Shown: in pieces, positions 12,671-26,773 of the stretch
Numbering within the stretch: the stretch's first letter is position 1
Layout: each line of letters begins with the position of its first letter
Source of the DNA: Epiperipatus broadwayi
Lineage: Eukaryota > Animalia > Onychophora
Length of the DNA stretch: 64,000 nt
NCBI GenBank assembly: GCA_028023455.1
Contig: JAQFVV010000009.1
Span: 14,384,001-14,448,000, forward strand
Reading direction: 5' to 3'
Position numbers and translations under genes: made by a program
Notes under the pieces: model-generated
What the model was told of the DNA's origin: nothing
Seen by the model: only the letters and a program-made list of their open reading frames with translations
The model's database searches: none

Positions 12671-15275
12671 CAGGGATCAGCAACCTTTTAGTAGTGTCAT
12701 GCCAAGCCTATGTTGCAATGTCATTCTGCATGACAACATGATTTTTACCAATCATATTATATACTATCAAAATTGGTTCAGTTAAAATAGGCTTCAAAGT
12801 TATATATAATATTAGTAGTATATAATATATACTACTAATTAATATATACTTTTGAAGTCCATTATAACTGAATCTTATATTATTTGTCATTCAATATTTT
12901 AAAATACATAGAATCATATGTGAAAAGTACCTTTTGTTAAATTTGCAATTTTTAACATGCTTATTAAAAATTATATTACAAATTATAAATTATAACTTTT
13001 TACCTATACAAAATTTACAATTTAAATAAGAAAAAATTATCATGAATTCTAATATGCTTAGCCATTTTTTATTATTAAAATAAATTAATGTAAACTTTGT
13101 CTTTGTACCTCTTTGCTCAATGTCAGGTGTGTGATTGGTCATTTTTAGCTTCACACATGCTTCTGAATGTTCAGGTGTTGGGCAAACTTCTTTATGAACT
13201 CAAAATATTTTTTATATGTGAGAAAATTTGTTCACATAAGTAAGTTGAACCGAATGTTGAAAGCAGGGCACAAGCAATTTTTTTCAAAGAATTAAATCTT
13301 TTGGGTAATGATGTCCAACAATTGAGAATGACAGCTGACACATCTAAACAGTTCCCTTCAAGAGTTTTCTGCAATTCTACAAATTTAGTTTTCCACAATT
13401 CTGATGATATTAATTTGATTAATTTCCATTTCAAAACTATCAATATCCCATCCACTCAAAAAAGAGATAAATCAAATGGAGTAATATTTAAATCAATTAA
13501 GTCAGTTTTGATGAGGAAAGAAAGTATGGGTGTGTGTGTTTGGATGTCTTCATATCATTTGGAAAATTCTTCTCTGAGAGCTTCAGTGTATTTTTGAAGT
13601 TCATCTTTGTTAATGTTAAATTGATTTGCATGGACCTTTACATTTGGAATGTACTTGTAGGTGTTAGTGATAATATCATGCCAAAATATATCTAATTTTG
13701 ATGCAAATCCTTTCCAATATTTAAAAAGTTTTAGTACTGTTTGACCCTTCCCTTGCAAATGCAAGTTTAACTCATTCAGGTGTTGAGTTATATCAGCCAG
13801 AAATATCAATTTGTATAATCACTTTTCATCATTTATTTCTGGATAATGTTCTTTTTCATCAAAAAACATCTTGATTTCTTTCAAACATGATACAAACCTG
13901 TTTAAGACATTACCTCGACTAATCCAATGAACTTTTCTGTATAAAGAGGGATACGTATATGCAATAGTCATTTCTTGCAAAAGGGATTTAAATTGCTTAT
14001 GTGACAATGAAGAACAAGAAACTATGAAATTAAACTATTTTAATGACAGCAGTGGAAACTAAATATTCAATGTTTATTATGATTTTCAAGAAGTTTAACA
14101 AATCCCTTTTCCTTTCCGACCATTACACAGTAGTAACACTAAATATTTCATTCATGCTAATTTTCTGATTTTAAAAATAATTGAAAAATGCAGTGAAAAT
14201 GTCATGTCCCATTGTTGTATCAATAAAAGGAATCAAGGAACACAATTCTTTATAAATATGATTGTTGTCACAATATCATGCAACTATTGCTAAGCATGCC
14301 GCATCATTTACATCAGTGCTTTCATCAACAGCAACACTGAATGCAACAGCTTGTTGTAAACTGGTTGTCTGTTTTGTTGTTACATCTTCAGCCATGTCAG
14401 TTATTCTTCTTTGAATTGATTTGAAAAAGCTGGTATTTCTCAAATTTGAGACAGTATCATTTGTTTAGTTGGTAGATCACTGAATAAAATTTCAGCCTTT
14501 TCCAAAAACGTTTATTTAATGAATTGTCCAGCTGTGAAAGGTTTGTCTTTCAAAGTCACACAATGAGCAATTGTATAATTACATTTGGTGACTTTATTTG
14601 GGTTCCAATCATTTGACTAAAATAAGTAGTTTGTTTTTTAAAGGCAGAAACATCTTTCTATAGCTTCACTTTTCTCATCTGAGTTTTTAAACATGAACAG
14701 ATGTTTAGTTTGATAATGTTTTTGTACACTTGAGGAATGACACACAATACTTTCACAGCATAATGTATACACAACATGATCCTTTTGCTGTACAAATCCA
14801 TATTCATTTATCCAAGAGTCTCGAAAAGAGTGAAAATCACATTTTTGTCTTTTGTGGGACATTTTGGGAAATTCTCAGTCAATATGCCAAGAGCATCTCT
14901 TTTTTGAAAGAAGCACCACCAATCAGCATCGATTATTACCATTCAACTATTGAAAATAGCTTTCTAGAATTGATAATGTAATAAGCTTTTTGTTTGGATT
15001 ACAATCTCATTTTTTAATATTATCAGAAATAAAATGTGAATATGTAGAATTTATTTTGCTTGCAAACAAAAATATCTTTTATATAAAGTCAAGTGTATTA
15101 TTTTCTGATAAATAATGACTTAATCATAAATTTAATGTTGAACGTGAAAACAACAACAAAAAAAAGACGCTGTAATTAAAATATTTTTTTTTTTACTATT
15201 TCAATTCATTCCAAGTGCCATTGATAATCGTTGGCATGCCAGCATGGCACAGGTGCTATAGGTTGCTGACTCCTG
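12671..15275 (-). mobile_element. hAT DNA transposon, Buster/SPIN group, decayed transposase
   Basis: TIRs cagggatcagcaacct / aggttgctgactcctg; exact 8-bp TSD ccttatat (12663-12670, 15276-15283) with central TA; 2605 bp. Confidence 0.95.
13192..14862 (-). pseudogene. Buster/SPIN (GTF2IRD2-like) hAT transposase pseudogene
   Basis: Fragments: N-terminal BED-like region (LCCESIV..VQKHYQTKH), FSVAVDESTDV (first catalytic D, about 14320), VHWISRGNVLNRF, FLADITQHLNELNLHLQG, and the dimerisation motif LLSTFGSTYLCEQIFS. Multiple frameshifts and stops. Confidence 0.92.
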
Positions 15276-16094
15276 CCTTATATCATGACAGCTTATGTTC
15301 TAGAATTTAGTTTTCTTTATATGATCCCAATAAAACTAGTTATTTGCAAGTAGTGATGATTTGTTTAAGGTGATTTGTAATAAGTTAATTTATTTATTTA
15401 TTTCCCTTTTTTTCATAGTAATAAATTAGAGTTCTTGCTTCTTGAGCTAGATTCATGCATAACAGCTATATAAAATAAGGGACATATATTTTTAATGTAT
15501 GGGCATCAAGTTGATGATGGTGATGATAATTATGATCCTGGATTGCCATAAACAGTATATTCTTTAGAGTCCATGCACTACATTGTATTTTAGTTTAGTT
15601 TCTATGATGATCAGCATGTTTCAATATTCCAGCATTATTATTTATTTGGTTATATTCTTATAAATTAGGACTTAAGTTTGTGCATCCAACTAATGGTTTC
15701 AATGATCTACCCCAAATTGGCAAGGGCTAAATAATTATCCTGGTCTATAGTAGACCCATTTTAAATCCTGTCAGCAGATTGACTATTGATTTAATTTTAT
15801 TGTTGATCATTAATGATGATAAATGACTTATACTTATTTTAATGCTGGTGAATTTTTTTAATTATGCTTAAGATAGTTAACTGCTGATCTCTCAGAATGA
15901 TCCATCATGCTCATCCATTTGATATTAAATTTTATATATTTTTTTCTTGAGAGTAAATAACAATTTCTCAGATCTCTAATGGTTTAAACCCAATTTTTCA
16001 TAGAGTTAGAAATAGCTACCTAACTTGGGCTGTTGATAATTATGTACTGGTGGGCATCAAGTCAGGTACAACCTCTTATTTCCCTGTAGTGTTA

Positions 16095-16265
16095 CAATAT
16101 TTATATATATGGGGGGTGAGATGATAATCCAGATGAACTGATAAGTGCTGGTTTAGCAAGAAATACATATTGATCCTTTATCTTTGTCATATTTATGTAG
16201 TCAAGTGTATTGGTTGTATAAGATGGAGTGGCTATCTGAAAGGAGCTTCAAATCCCCTCTAATCA
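16095..16265 (+). mobile_element. family C fragment C2
   Basis: atatatggggggtgagatgataatccagatgaactgataagtgctggtttagcaagaaatacatattg matches the family C hammerhead region, with a mutated core. Confidence 0.7.
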
Positions 16266-16821
16266 CTTCCTTTTATGACTTTATTTTTGCTTTGCATCTT
16301 TGTTAATATTTTTTGAGCATAAATCCACATTATAGGTATATTTCATTAATGTATTTTAATTATTAACAATTAATTGATGAATGCATGCAGTATATGCATA
16401 TAACTTTGAAGAAGTTATTATTTTTTGTAACATAATGTTGAGCTTAATTAAGATATTAAACCCAATCAGAGATATGCATATATATGCAAAGTCATTTGAC
16501 ATATATTGTTGATATTTGGGACCATGATTTTCTGCTTTAAATTTCTTTATTGTTTTTCTAGTTTATTATTATTAGAATATTATTTTCAAATTTAATTGCA
16601 GCGGTTATATCCTTTCTTTTTATTCTAAATCTAATTTCATAACATTCATTATATTCATACATTAAGCATTTCATGATCACATTTCCTATACTAGCACATT
16701 AATTGTTGATAAACAGAGCAAAACTCTCCATACAGTATTGCCACCTGTGCTAAACAGAGTAATCAATGGATGCCAGAAGGCTTGTGCATAAAATCCCTAT
16801 CTGATGCCTACTCATCCAATA

Positions 16822-16863
16822 TCTCCAGACTAGTTTCTGGCTTGTGGCCTTCATCAGTGAGGA
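16822..16863 (-). ncRNA. minimal type-I hammerhead ribozyme motif (family A)
   Basis: Minus strand: TCCTCA-CTGATGA-A-GGC-CACAA-GCC-A-GAAA-CTAGT-C-TGGAGA. Confidence 0.7.
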
Positions 16864-17292
16864 GCTTTGGATCTGAGAGCACTGCATCTAGATCTTAGGA
16901 TCTAATGCAACCCTCTAGCAACCACCTTTTATCTCTACTTAACTACTAAACTATGAGAATGAAATTGAAAACACAAAAAATATTTTCAATCTAAGCTCAA
17001 TAGCTTAAATAGTCATATGGGTCTGAACTCAGTTCAGCACCCATACATTTTGGTGTCTTTGGCTCTTTTACAACCATAGCCACCACTATCCTATTAGGCA
17101 GGATTGGTGTTAAACCATTAAGCATCACATGATCACATTTCCTATACTAGCACATTAATTGTTAGATTGAAAATATTTTTTGTGTTTTCAATTTCATTCT
17201 CATAGTTTAGTAGTTAAGTAGAGATAAAAGGTGGTTGCTAGAGGGTTGCATTAGATCCTAAGATCTAGATGCAGTGCTCTCAGATCCAAAGC

Positions 17293-17334
17293 TCCTCACT
17301 GACGAAGGCCACAAGCCAGAAACTAGTCTGGGGA
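17293..17334 (+). ncRNA. minimal type-I hammerhead ribozyme motif (family A)
   Basis: TCCTCA-CTGACGA-A-GGC-CACAA-GCC-A-GAAA-CTAGT-C-TGGGGA. Stem I is 6 bp, stem II 3 bp, stem III is the palindrome ACTAGT, and the cleavage triplet is GUC. Confidence 0.72.
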
Positions 17335-20300
17335 TATTGGATGAATAGGCATCAGATAGGGATTTTATGCACAAGCCTTCTGGCATCCATTGATTACTCT
17401 GTTTAGCACAGGTGGCAATACTGTATGGAGAGTTTTGCTCTGTTTATATTCATACATGTGATAGTGGGTCATCAGATATGTTCTCTAATTGTACATGGTT
17501 TACCAGTGAATATGGACCATGCTGTGGTTTTGTTTGGGTTAAATTTTAATTTGTGTGTGTGTTTGTATATTCTTATAGTATTTTTTATAGTTTTGGTAGG
17601 TGTCTTTTTGATGGCAGAAACACAGTTACATCATCCATGTACACAATGCAAGCAATATTTTGTGAAATATTTGGGTTTGTGATGCCTGTAAATGTCTGCT
17701 GGATTTTTTATAAAAGAGGATTAATGTACAGTATAAGCAATAGTGAGCTGAGTGGTGATCCTTGTGAAAATGAATTGCATAGGTACAAATGATGGGGAGT
17801 TTCTATCTTTTCTGGCACAATAGTAAGTTTGTAAGTAATTATAGTTAAGTTTTTGGTATTGTGGTAGATTCAAGCATATTTATAAGTACTTGTATATTAA
17901 TTGAGTCGAATGCTGCTTCAATGTCTAATTGAGCTGCTATCAATGCATATTTTTTCTTTTCTCATATTGATTTAGTACTGCCTTGAAAATTAATGCTCCC
18001 TGGATTGTTGATAAATTGTTTTTTTGTGAACTGCATATCAAAAATAATTGGCAATAGATGCGGTTCTATTTTATCTTTGATGATTTTTTTCAATGATTTT
18101 AATTGGCAGTGGTCCCATGGATATTTGAGGTTATTTAATGTGGAGATGACTTGTTTTTTGTTAAATGGAACTATTGCAATTGGGTAAATTTCTTCTGTAG
18201 GCTGCATTTTTTGTGATAGATGATTTGCCAGGTCACAGAGGTATTGTGCTGTGAATCAGCTAAGATGCATGAAAACGAACTGAGGGATGTCAGGATTTCC
18301 TGGATGGCATGTATTCGGGATGGTTGTTAGTTTTGCCATGAATTCAGTTGTATTAAATGGTGTTGTTGTTTCTGGTATTCAAAATTGGTTAGGTTGTGGT
18401 TTTAGTGGCTGTTCTTTCTGTAGTTTTTGTTTAAAGTATGAGTATATCAGTAGTTTCATATTATAACCTGTATATATGGTTTCTTCTGTTTGTATGGCTG
18501 TTGGGACTCTGATTGTTGGTGGGTAGCCTAAAACCCATTTTGTGTATCTTCTTGTTTAGGTATGTGGTTGAGTAAGATATATTTTGCTTTTTTTGATTTT
18601 AAGTAGTTTTTTAAAGTATTACATGTATTGTTATATGTTCTTGTTATTTTGTATATATATTGTTGTGTATCTCATGAATGCTCTGCCATGGTGATTCACT
18701 TATGCAATTCATCCACAAGTGTTAGTAAATAGGAAGGTGAAATGGTTTTTTTTTTGTTGATGTGATTAATATTGAAGGATAGTATGTTGATGAAAGCTAG
18801 ATATTTGTGTATGTGGTTAAATTGCATGTTTTGTATTTTATTGAGTATGATATAAGTTTCTGAAAATAGAAATTCTGGGATGGCCATTGATAGTAGTAGT
18901 CTTATTGTTTTGTTTGTTGAAATTGGTGATGTTTGAATTTGTCCAAGGTCAATGATTATTATTTGTGCTGAATGATCTGAAAATGGGGAGAGATGAGTTT
19001 CATTGTAATTAGGTGATGTACCATCGGTGAATAAAAGGAGAGATCAATAAGCAATGTATATCAGCAGTTATGAAATGTCACTGCATTGTTTGGCAGAAAA
19101 CTTTCAGCACTCATGAATGGTATTAATATTTGGTGTATCCATTTCTTTATATGTCATGTTGTAGTCTCCTATTAATATGGCTAGATTTGTTCTGTTTGTG
19201 AGTCATGAATTAATGTTGATTATTATGTTGGACATTATATTTGATTATGAGGGTATGTATACAAAAATTATGCTAATTGTTATGATCCATTGTTGAAGTG
19301 TTGCTATTAACAAATAAAAATCCATAAATGTTATCTGAGATGATGCAAATGGACAGTTTGGGGCAATGAAAAATCTGATGCTGTCAGAAGGGGATGTCTG
19401 GAGAATAGACAAAACCTCTCTTTGTGTAGATATTTTGTTGGGTCACTTTGGGAACCTGCATAAATTTTGGTTTCAATTAATTCAAGTATTTGAGGTTGTA
19501 TGATTTTTAACCATTGTTTCAGTTGATAGATTTTGTTGAGTTTAGTCCTCTCACATTAAGTGTGGTTATCTTGAATTTCATATATCTTAATTAAATCAGA
19601 GATGGTTTTTGTGTATGGTGGCTTGTTGTTTGTGATATTTTTTGATTACAATCGTAGTATGGCTCTATATCTTCTACGATTAGATCAAAAATTCTATTGA
19701 TATGACTTGTATCATCTTTGTAGTTAAAGTCTTGTTTTGTCTTTCTTTAATTGTTGCTTTTTCTTTTGTGGCTGGCCTGGGCATCTTCTTGCTTGAGGTG
19801 TTGATGCTTTTGGGTGGGTGAGGTATGTAATGTTTGTCTTTTTGTTTATGCTGATTTTTTTCCATCACTGTGGGTGTGTGACCTAGTTTGGTATGTTGCT
19901 TTCCATTGTTTGTGGTGTTAGTGTGTGCTTTTGATTTATTGTTTTTCTCTCTCATGTTGCTTGTTTTTTCAGATGTTTGCTGTGAGTAGTTTGTTGCCAT
20001 TTTAATTATATTTGTATTATTTGTTTCATCTTCATTTGTTTCTTCAATTTGTATATCAAATGTTTCCATGTTCATATTTGTGGTTTCTGTTTGTGGGTTT
20101 TCTAGTTGCTGATGTCACCTAGATTTGATGTTTTTATTTAAGTCTTGATTATTATGGTATGGATTGCTTACTTGTTCTTGTAAGAGCTGTGTATTTTTTT
20201 CTGTTTGTTGTTTGATTTTGTGTATCTTGGTTTAAATTGCATTATATTATTAGATGTCCATGCTATTTACTTGAGTAGCATTGTGGTCTTAACCCTCTTA

Positions 20301-20765
20301 TATAAAGGTTAAGCATGGCTTCTTTATCTATAATTTGTATGGGTATGTCTTCAGGATTCACATTGCTATTTGTTTTTACCTTGAACTCAAAGTTGCTACT
20401 ACATATGGGTATTGGCATGCCTTTTAAATATATAAAGTTAAAGTTCATGACCTTGCCAAATGATTTCATCATTTGTTGAAAGTCACTTATATCCAAAATA
20501 TGTATTTTTTAATATATCAGTGATATAGTTTTTTGCATCTTTGTCAACCACCACCACTGCATCATTTGCTAGTGTTTTGATTTGAGTTTGGAAATGGGTT
20601 TTTTGGTGCTCATTGAAGGTCTCTATTGCTATGTATCTTGAGTTGGGGTGTTCTTCAATTTGTCACACTGTATTCCGCATTGCATGCGCTCTTAGGGCCT
20701 CATACAGCAATGCTTTAGAGAATTTGTATAAAGTGAGGTTTTATTGGTGATTGACAACATAATTG

Positions 20766-20767
<2 letters not shown>

Positions 20768-20853
<86 letters not shown>

Positions 20854-20922
20854 GTCATCATCATCATTGTCAACACATTCTATTTAATTCTTCTTCATCT
20901 TTTTTTCTTTTTGTTGTTGTTG

Positions 20923-20975
<53 letters not shown>
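20768..20975. repeat. compound (TAT)n / (CAT)n / (GTT)n / (TAT)n microsatellite
   Basis: Directly visible; explains the poly-Y and poly-I ORF. Confidence 0.98.
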
Positions 20976-21694
20976 TAAATTAGGTGTTATTATTAAAATA
21001 TATGATTAATACTATTAGAGTTATGTCAATAATTTTTATATAATTCAATAAACTGTTTATTTTGTACACATATAAAAATTGAGGCAAATGGATGGCAGCC
21101 TTCTCGTGGCTCATTTAGAATATGAAACAAATAACTTTCCCATGAAAATCAGATTTTAACTTGATAAACTTTTACTTAAGGACAGCAAATAATGAAATTA
21201 TATATTAAACTATTAATATTAACTACAGTGGCATTCTGGTACTTAGCCATGCTGGACAATAGAATTGATGGTTTAAGCTCTCACAATAAAAAAAAATGAC
21301 CACATAATATTGAAAACCTTGAAAAAATTCAAATGCTAGTTATACTCTTTACAGAAGAATCTTCTCTTCACCTAATCACAATAAAATTGCATTAACTTGA
21401 CATTAAGGGTATATCAAAATGAAAACTGGAGACTCTCTAAAAATTAATTGCTCAACACAACATTATTATTGATGTAATTGTATTTTAGAAGATTCATTAT
21501 TATTTTAATAATGCACATTTTCTTAAAATGGCTGATAGAATGCATCGTAAATATATGAGTACTTTGGTTTCAAAACCATCTTATAAAGTGAACAATTTCT
21601 AATAAAAATAGAATGATATTGCAGTTACAATTAAATGATATTGCAATTACAATTCAGTTTTTATATAATTACAATGAATTTGAACTAGGATTAC

Positions 21695-21985
21695 TACATC
21701 TATCCAATCCATCTTATATAACTGATACATATAACCACATTCATGTGAAAAAGATAAATGATCTCCAAATACATACATCATGCTGATCCAGCACTCATCA
21801 TTTGATCCAGATCATCATCTTCTACAAACATATATATATAATCAGTGCTCAGTTTATATTAAGATAACAAATCTTCAATCTTTAATGGACAGGCTTCAAT
21901 CTCTGCCACCCTCCAACTCTTCAGCCATCTGTATCATTGAAAATCTGATGATGGAATATTCAAAACCATGTGTGCAATGTTTATA
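21695..21985 (-). mobile_element. family C fragment C3
   Basis: Matches 9850-10110 and 47040-47300 (atcagtgctcagtttatattaagata, cagcactcatca). Confidence 0.75.
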
Positions 21986-24900
21986 AATCTTCCAATGCAA
22001 ACTGACACTACCCTCTTCTTTCAGATCTTCCTACACCTTCCATATTTATAGGATTTAAATTTTTATAGTTGTCTTTGGGATAATGTAAATAAGAGTGAAA
22101 CAGGTTGATAATTTTTAGAATGGATGGATTTAAAAAATAAGACAAGCAAGGAAGAATATTCCATTCAAGTAGAACATAAACAGAGACACCTCCTGATTTA
22201 TATTTTGCTTTAACTAAAACTGTTTTACCATTATCTTCTGAATTATTGATATTGAATCATTTTTTCCTATAACCAGCATGTGTATATTTAGCTGCCTAAA
22301 AAAAAATCTATATAATAAATAGAATAAATAAATTCTATAGACAAATATTTTTCATTTTAATCATACAAGAAAAAATTGGGAACATGAAAAAATATATATA
22401 TATAAAAGAAACTTCAAAATTACCCCCCCCCTCCAAAAAACCGGGGGTGGATAGAAAAGATTTTTAAATGGAATTTTATAATTAAAAAAAAAATGGAGAC
22501 AAATATTCAGGAAAAGGGTTATAAATATGTGATTAACGATATTTTGAAATTTTGTCTTATGTGACTGTATATATATATTGAAATAATATATGTGTAATAA
22601 AAGTAGAGAGTACTAATCTAAATGTAAAAAAAGTAGTTCTATTAATTTTTGTTAATGAATAAATTAAGATACTACATTATTCAAACAAATTTGTTTTCAA
22701 TTCACATATTCTAATTCTAGCAATAGGTTAAAGTACTGATATTTATTTATTTTAAAAAAATAAATAAGTAGGTATTTAATGAAAATACTTCTAAAAATGT
22801 ACTTTAAAAAACAAAACAAAATCATGCTCATAAAATGACAAAAATTAAATTACAAAGAAGCTTTAAAAGCTGTTATTTTTGTTTTGTTTCTTCTTGTCAT
22901 CTCAAATTTAATTACCGTAATTAGATTATTCATCCAAAGTAGGTTTTAACGCTGAATTATTTACTGGAAAGTTTTAACACAGGGAATATTATTTGTGGAT
23001 TAATAAAAAATCAAAACTAAAAATAGCTTATAAATAATCTTAAAATTGCATATAAAAAAAAGTGAGGAAAAAATTTAGGTTAGAGATGAACACGTAGAAG
23101 ATAAGCTTGAGAACGAGAGAGAAAGAGAGAAGAGCAGAAGACAGAACGTAGACATTAATTCCTACAGAGAAGAGATTAGAGGTGATTTACAATTACAATA
23201 GAAAAATAGTCTATTCATCACTATTACTAGGAGAGTAAAAAGAAAACCGCCAACCAGTGAAGAAACGGACAAACAAAGAAGAATATAAATTTTATCTCCA
23301 ACATTGCTATAAAAAAGTTAATTATTTACAACACTTTTATTTGCAATCAGATCAGTTTTGATGAAAAAAAAGAAAGTAAAAAATTCACCTTATTTTTATC
23401 TCATATTATGAATCTCATTTAATAAATGAAAGTTTTTTCGATATCTATCATAGAAGTAGACATTTTTTAATGACTTTTAGCTGAAAAAAGACACCCATAT
23501 TTATTATGGAAAGTTTTTAATAGAATCTATTAGTATATATTTTAATATCTTTGAGGTTTTATTTTCTTTGCTAGTAATCTAATTTATTTTATAGCAAATT
23601 AAGGATTACAGCAACAAAAAAAGAATATTGAAATGTGACAATTATAATAAAATTTGAAATATATAGGCAAAACAATTTATAAGGCTTAACTACATACTAT
23701 TCTCTCTCTCTCTCTCTCTTTCTACAGTAATAAATATATCAAGGGAAAGTTAAATAAAGGGCTGCTTATGTCTATACTAGATAATAGAAAGAGAAGACAA
23801 GATTGAAATCTGCATAGTTGCAATCTGATACTTTTGTTTTAATTTATTTTTTATTATTTGTATAATCAGTTAAATAAATATTCATTTAATTGTACAATAA
23901 AAATAAATTAATTTTTAATTTTATTTTTGGGTCATTTATATTTGTGAGCTTACTAAACAGTTAGTTATATTAATTACACCAATTAATGTTGTCACTCATT
24001 AAAACTTTATTTTCTGACCAAATCAATTTATTTAGATTACAATAAATGTTACCATTAATTTCTTTCAACTTAAGTTATTTTCTCTATATTTAATAATAGT
24101 TTGGTGCTTTCTTACAAGTAAGTGCAAAAAATACATATTATGAAAATTGATTATTGTATGTGGAATTTTATAGATGCTTGAGAGGGGGTCATACAAAATA
24201 ATGAAAATTATGATGAAGTGTACAGAGAAGTATCCATGATATATGACTGTGTCTAATGTATTAGACTAAGAAATGATAATGATTAAAGAAGTGTGAGAAG
24301 AATTACTATAACATAATTATTCTCAGCTAAATGTTATTATTTTTAATCTCTTTATAAATACAGTTTTTGTTATATATGCACAAATAGTGCTCACTTTATG
24401 TAAATCACAGAAAAATGGTGTAGATGGTTACAAGTTTCTTCTCCTACATTTTATTACTTTCAAACAAACCTATTCACATCTATTAACCAAAAATAATAAT
24501 ATCAGTCACCTGAGGTTATTTCAATGACTTGTTTGCTCTTAGCATGTTGAAACTGCTTGAGGGTGTAATTTCTATGTAAACAAACAGAATTTTAATGTTA
24601 CCGTGTGTTGTTGGGTTTTTTTTTCAACTTGAAAGTGCTTTTTTGATTTACAATAAAATCATAAATAGTGAAATTTATCTAAAATAAATAAAAAATAAAT
24701 TGAATAAACCTTTTTTTTTTTAAAAAAAAAAAAATTTCTAAAATGAAATTTGTAATTTTAACATGCCAAGAGTAAACAACCTCAAATAAAATTGTTAATT
24801 TTAATGAATAAAAAGAAATAATTTCTCCAAAACAACATCGTGGCCATGGAAATATAATTTTGTAATTTTAACAAAAATAAAAAGAAAGAATTTATTCAAA

Positions 24901-25139
24901 ACAACATCGTGGCCAAAAATAAAATCAGTATTTTTGATTGGTCTCATGATTTTTCTCTCACAAGTGTGATTTCATAAAAATCATGCTTACACCTCACCTT
25001 GACAATTGATTAAAGTGTCACACTTGACTAGAGAAGCGGGACAAAGTTTGCACAATTTTTATTACCTCATACTACATTATTGTATTTGGAAAATAATGAC
25101 TTGGGCATGAAAATTTGAAGACTTTTGACAGTCTCAATT

Positions 25140-26030
25140 ACAGACACCCTCACAAAATACCGTAGCAAAATTTAAAATGAGATTGTTCATATAAACTGCG
25201 TAACACAAAGTTCACCATAAGTGGCAGAATAAATATCCTACTTCTGTACTGTAAATACCATAGCGAAATGTTAACCCTTTTCCCGCCTCGTAAGAGGCTA
25301 AAAACCTTATTAAAAAAAAAAAAAAAATTTTTCTCACTAAAAAAATTCTATTCTAAAAACAAAAACTATCAAAAAAATAAAAAAATGCTGAGATTTTCAT
25401 TTCGAATATGATTTAAATATTATAAAATATATTTTGAGAAATTACAAATTATTTTCAGAGAGAATACTAAAAAAACAAAATTATTTTAAAAATATTGAAG
25501 ATTTTAGTAAAAATATTTAAGATTTAGTAAAAAGAAATATTTACTTTGCTATAACGTAAAAGTCGACCTTTTTGTTTATATTATAGCTTTTATGTTGCCG
25601 AAATTGAATATTTTAGAATAAATAAATAGCAATTTATTTTTGAAAGAACTTTCGTTCTCTTCATAACCTAAAAAATTAGTAATATACTTTTTATAAAGTA
25701 TCTGAGTTGAATTTAATATTAGAATATGTTTTAACAATACTTTGTCTTCAGTTTTGAGTTCCAATTAAAAATTTATTTTATAACCAAAATATAATTATTT
25801 AAATAATAATGGGATTATTCGTATAAACAAGCAGAATAATACGTCCTAATTCTGTGCTGTAGCATAGAAATAGATACCGTAGTGAAATTTAAAATAGGAT
25901 TGTTCGTATAAATTGCGTAACATAAAGTCCACCATAAATGGCGGCATCCACTGTAGCAAAATAAATGTCCTATTTCTGTGCAGTATCATAGAAATAGGTG
26001 CTACAGACAAGTAAATGGACTATTTCTATG
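25140..26030. repeat. CpG-retaining ~100-bp imperfect direct repeats, interrupted by a piggyBac-like left end
   Basis: taccgtag..aaatttaaaat..gattgttc.tataaa.tgcgtaaca.aaagt.caccataa recurs at about 25158 and 25876. TTAA|CCCTTTTCCCGCC is at 25271, with no matching right TIR found. Confidence 0.5.
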
Positions 26031-26252
26031 CCTAATGATTGAAATAGAATGTTATATAGCAGCATGGCTATTTAAACAGCATATTTATGTGCATTTGCAT
26101 AGAAATTACACCCTCAAGCGGTTTCAACATGCTAAGAGTAAACAACCATTTCAATTACATATAATTTGGTGGTTTAACATCAGGATTAGTTAATATTTAA
26201 AGTACATTCAGTGTGGCACCTCAAGAAACTCATATAATCTCAATTTTCATTA

Positions 26253-26429
26253 TGTATAATTCAAATTTGCATACATTTGTTTGTCTGCATAATGAAGTGG
26301 TTTCTTTCTTTTTTATCATCTAAAAAAAGCTATGATTATGGTGAAGTTTAAAAATGCACTAAGCTTTAGATTATAAAAAGAAGCCACTTCATTGTGCAGA
26401 TGAACAAACATATGCAAATTTGAATTACA
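26253..26429. repeat. foldback / MITE-like palindrome
   Basis: About 70-bp arms: taattcaaatttgcata...aatgaagtgg...atctaaa and its reverse complement. Confidence 0.8.
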
Positions 26430-26773
26430 AATACAAAAAATTAAGGGAGGTCTGCATTACAATATGTATAATTGGATATCTAATGTAAAGACTCAATGAA
26501 TACATCATTTAAAATGTCAAATGTAAGCCAAGTAAAGGTTATCTCAAATAATTTTAATAAAATAAAGGAAATAGCTCAGTTTTTAGAGAGAGAGAGAGAG
26601 AGTCTAAGATTGAAAAGTGGGTTGATAAAAGTTCAGGTAAGTCAGCAAATTATTGATTCAAAGCTTTAAACTCAATACTCAACTAGAATATTGTTTAATT
26701 AAGTGGTGGTCACATGATATTTGCTAGTGGCAGCTGATTCATTGAAATTTGTCTTTTCTTTTTAAAATTGCAG

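Larger units (their letters stand above)
16663..17443. mobile_element. family A locus A2 (reverse monomer plus forward partial)
   Basis: gatcacatttcctatactagc at 16675 and 17131 gives a period of 456. About 285-bp inverted arms differ at about 3 positions. Exact 14-bp TSD ttatattcatacat (16649-16662, 17444-17457). Confidence 0.9.
16300..20720 (-). pseudogene. decayed L1/Tx1-type LINE (copy 2), interrupted by locus A2
   Basis: Minus-strand remnants: ORF1 knuckle-like PQCYSSK*HGHL (about 20250), APE motif SPFSDHSAQ (about 18970), RT SQGSPLSSLLLILYINP (about 17740) and YMDDVTVFLPSKRHLPKL (about 17620). Boundaries are approximate, and the part left of A2 is inferred from the TSD. Confidence 0.8.

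Noticed and set aside
20763-20978. Poly-Tyr/Ile ORF
   Set aside because: (TAT)n microsatellite.
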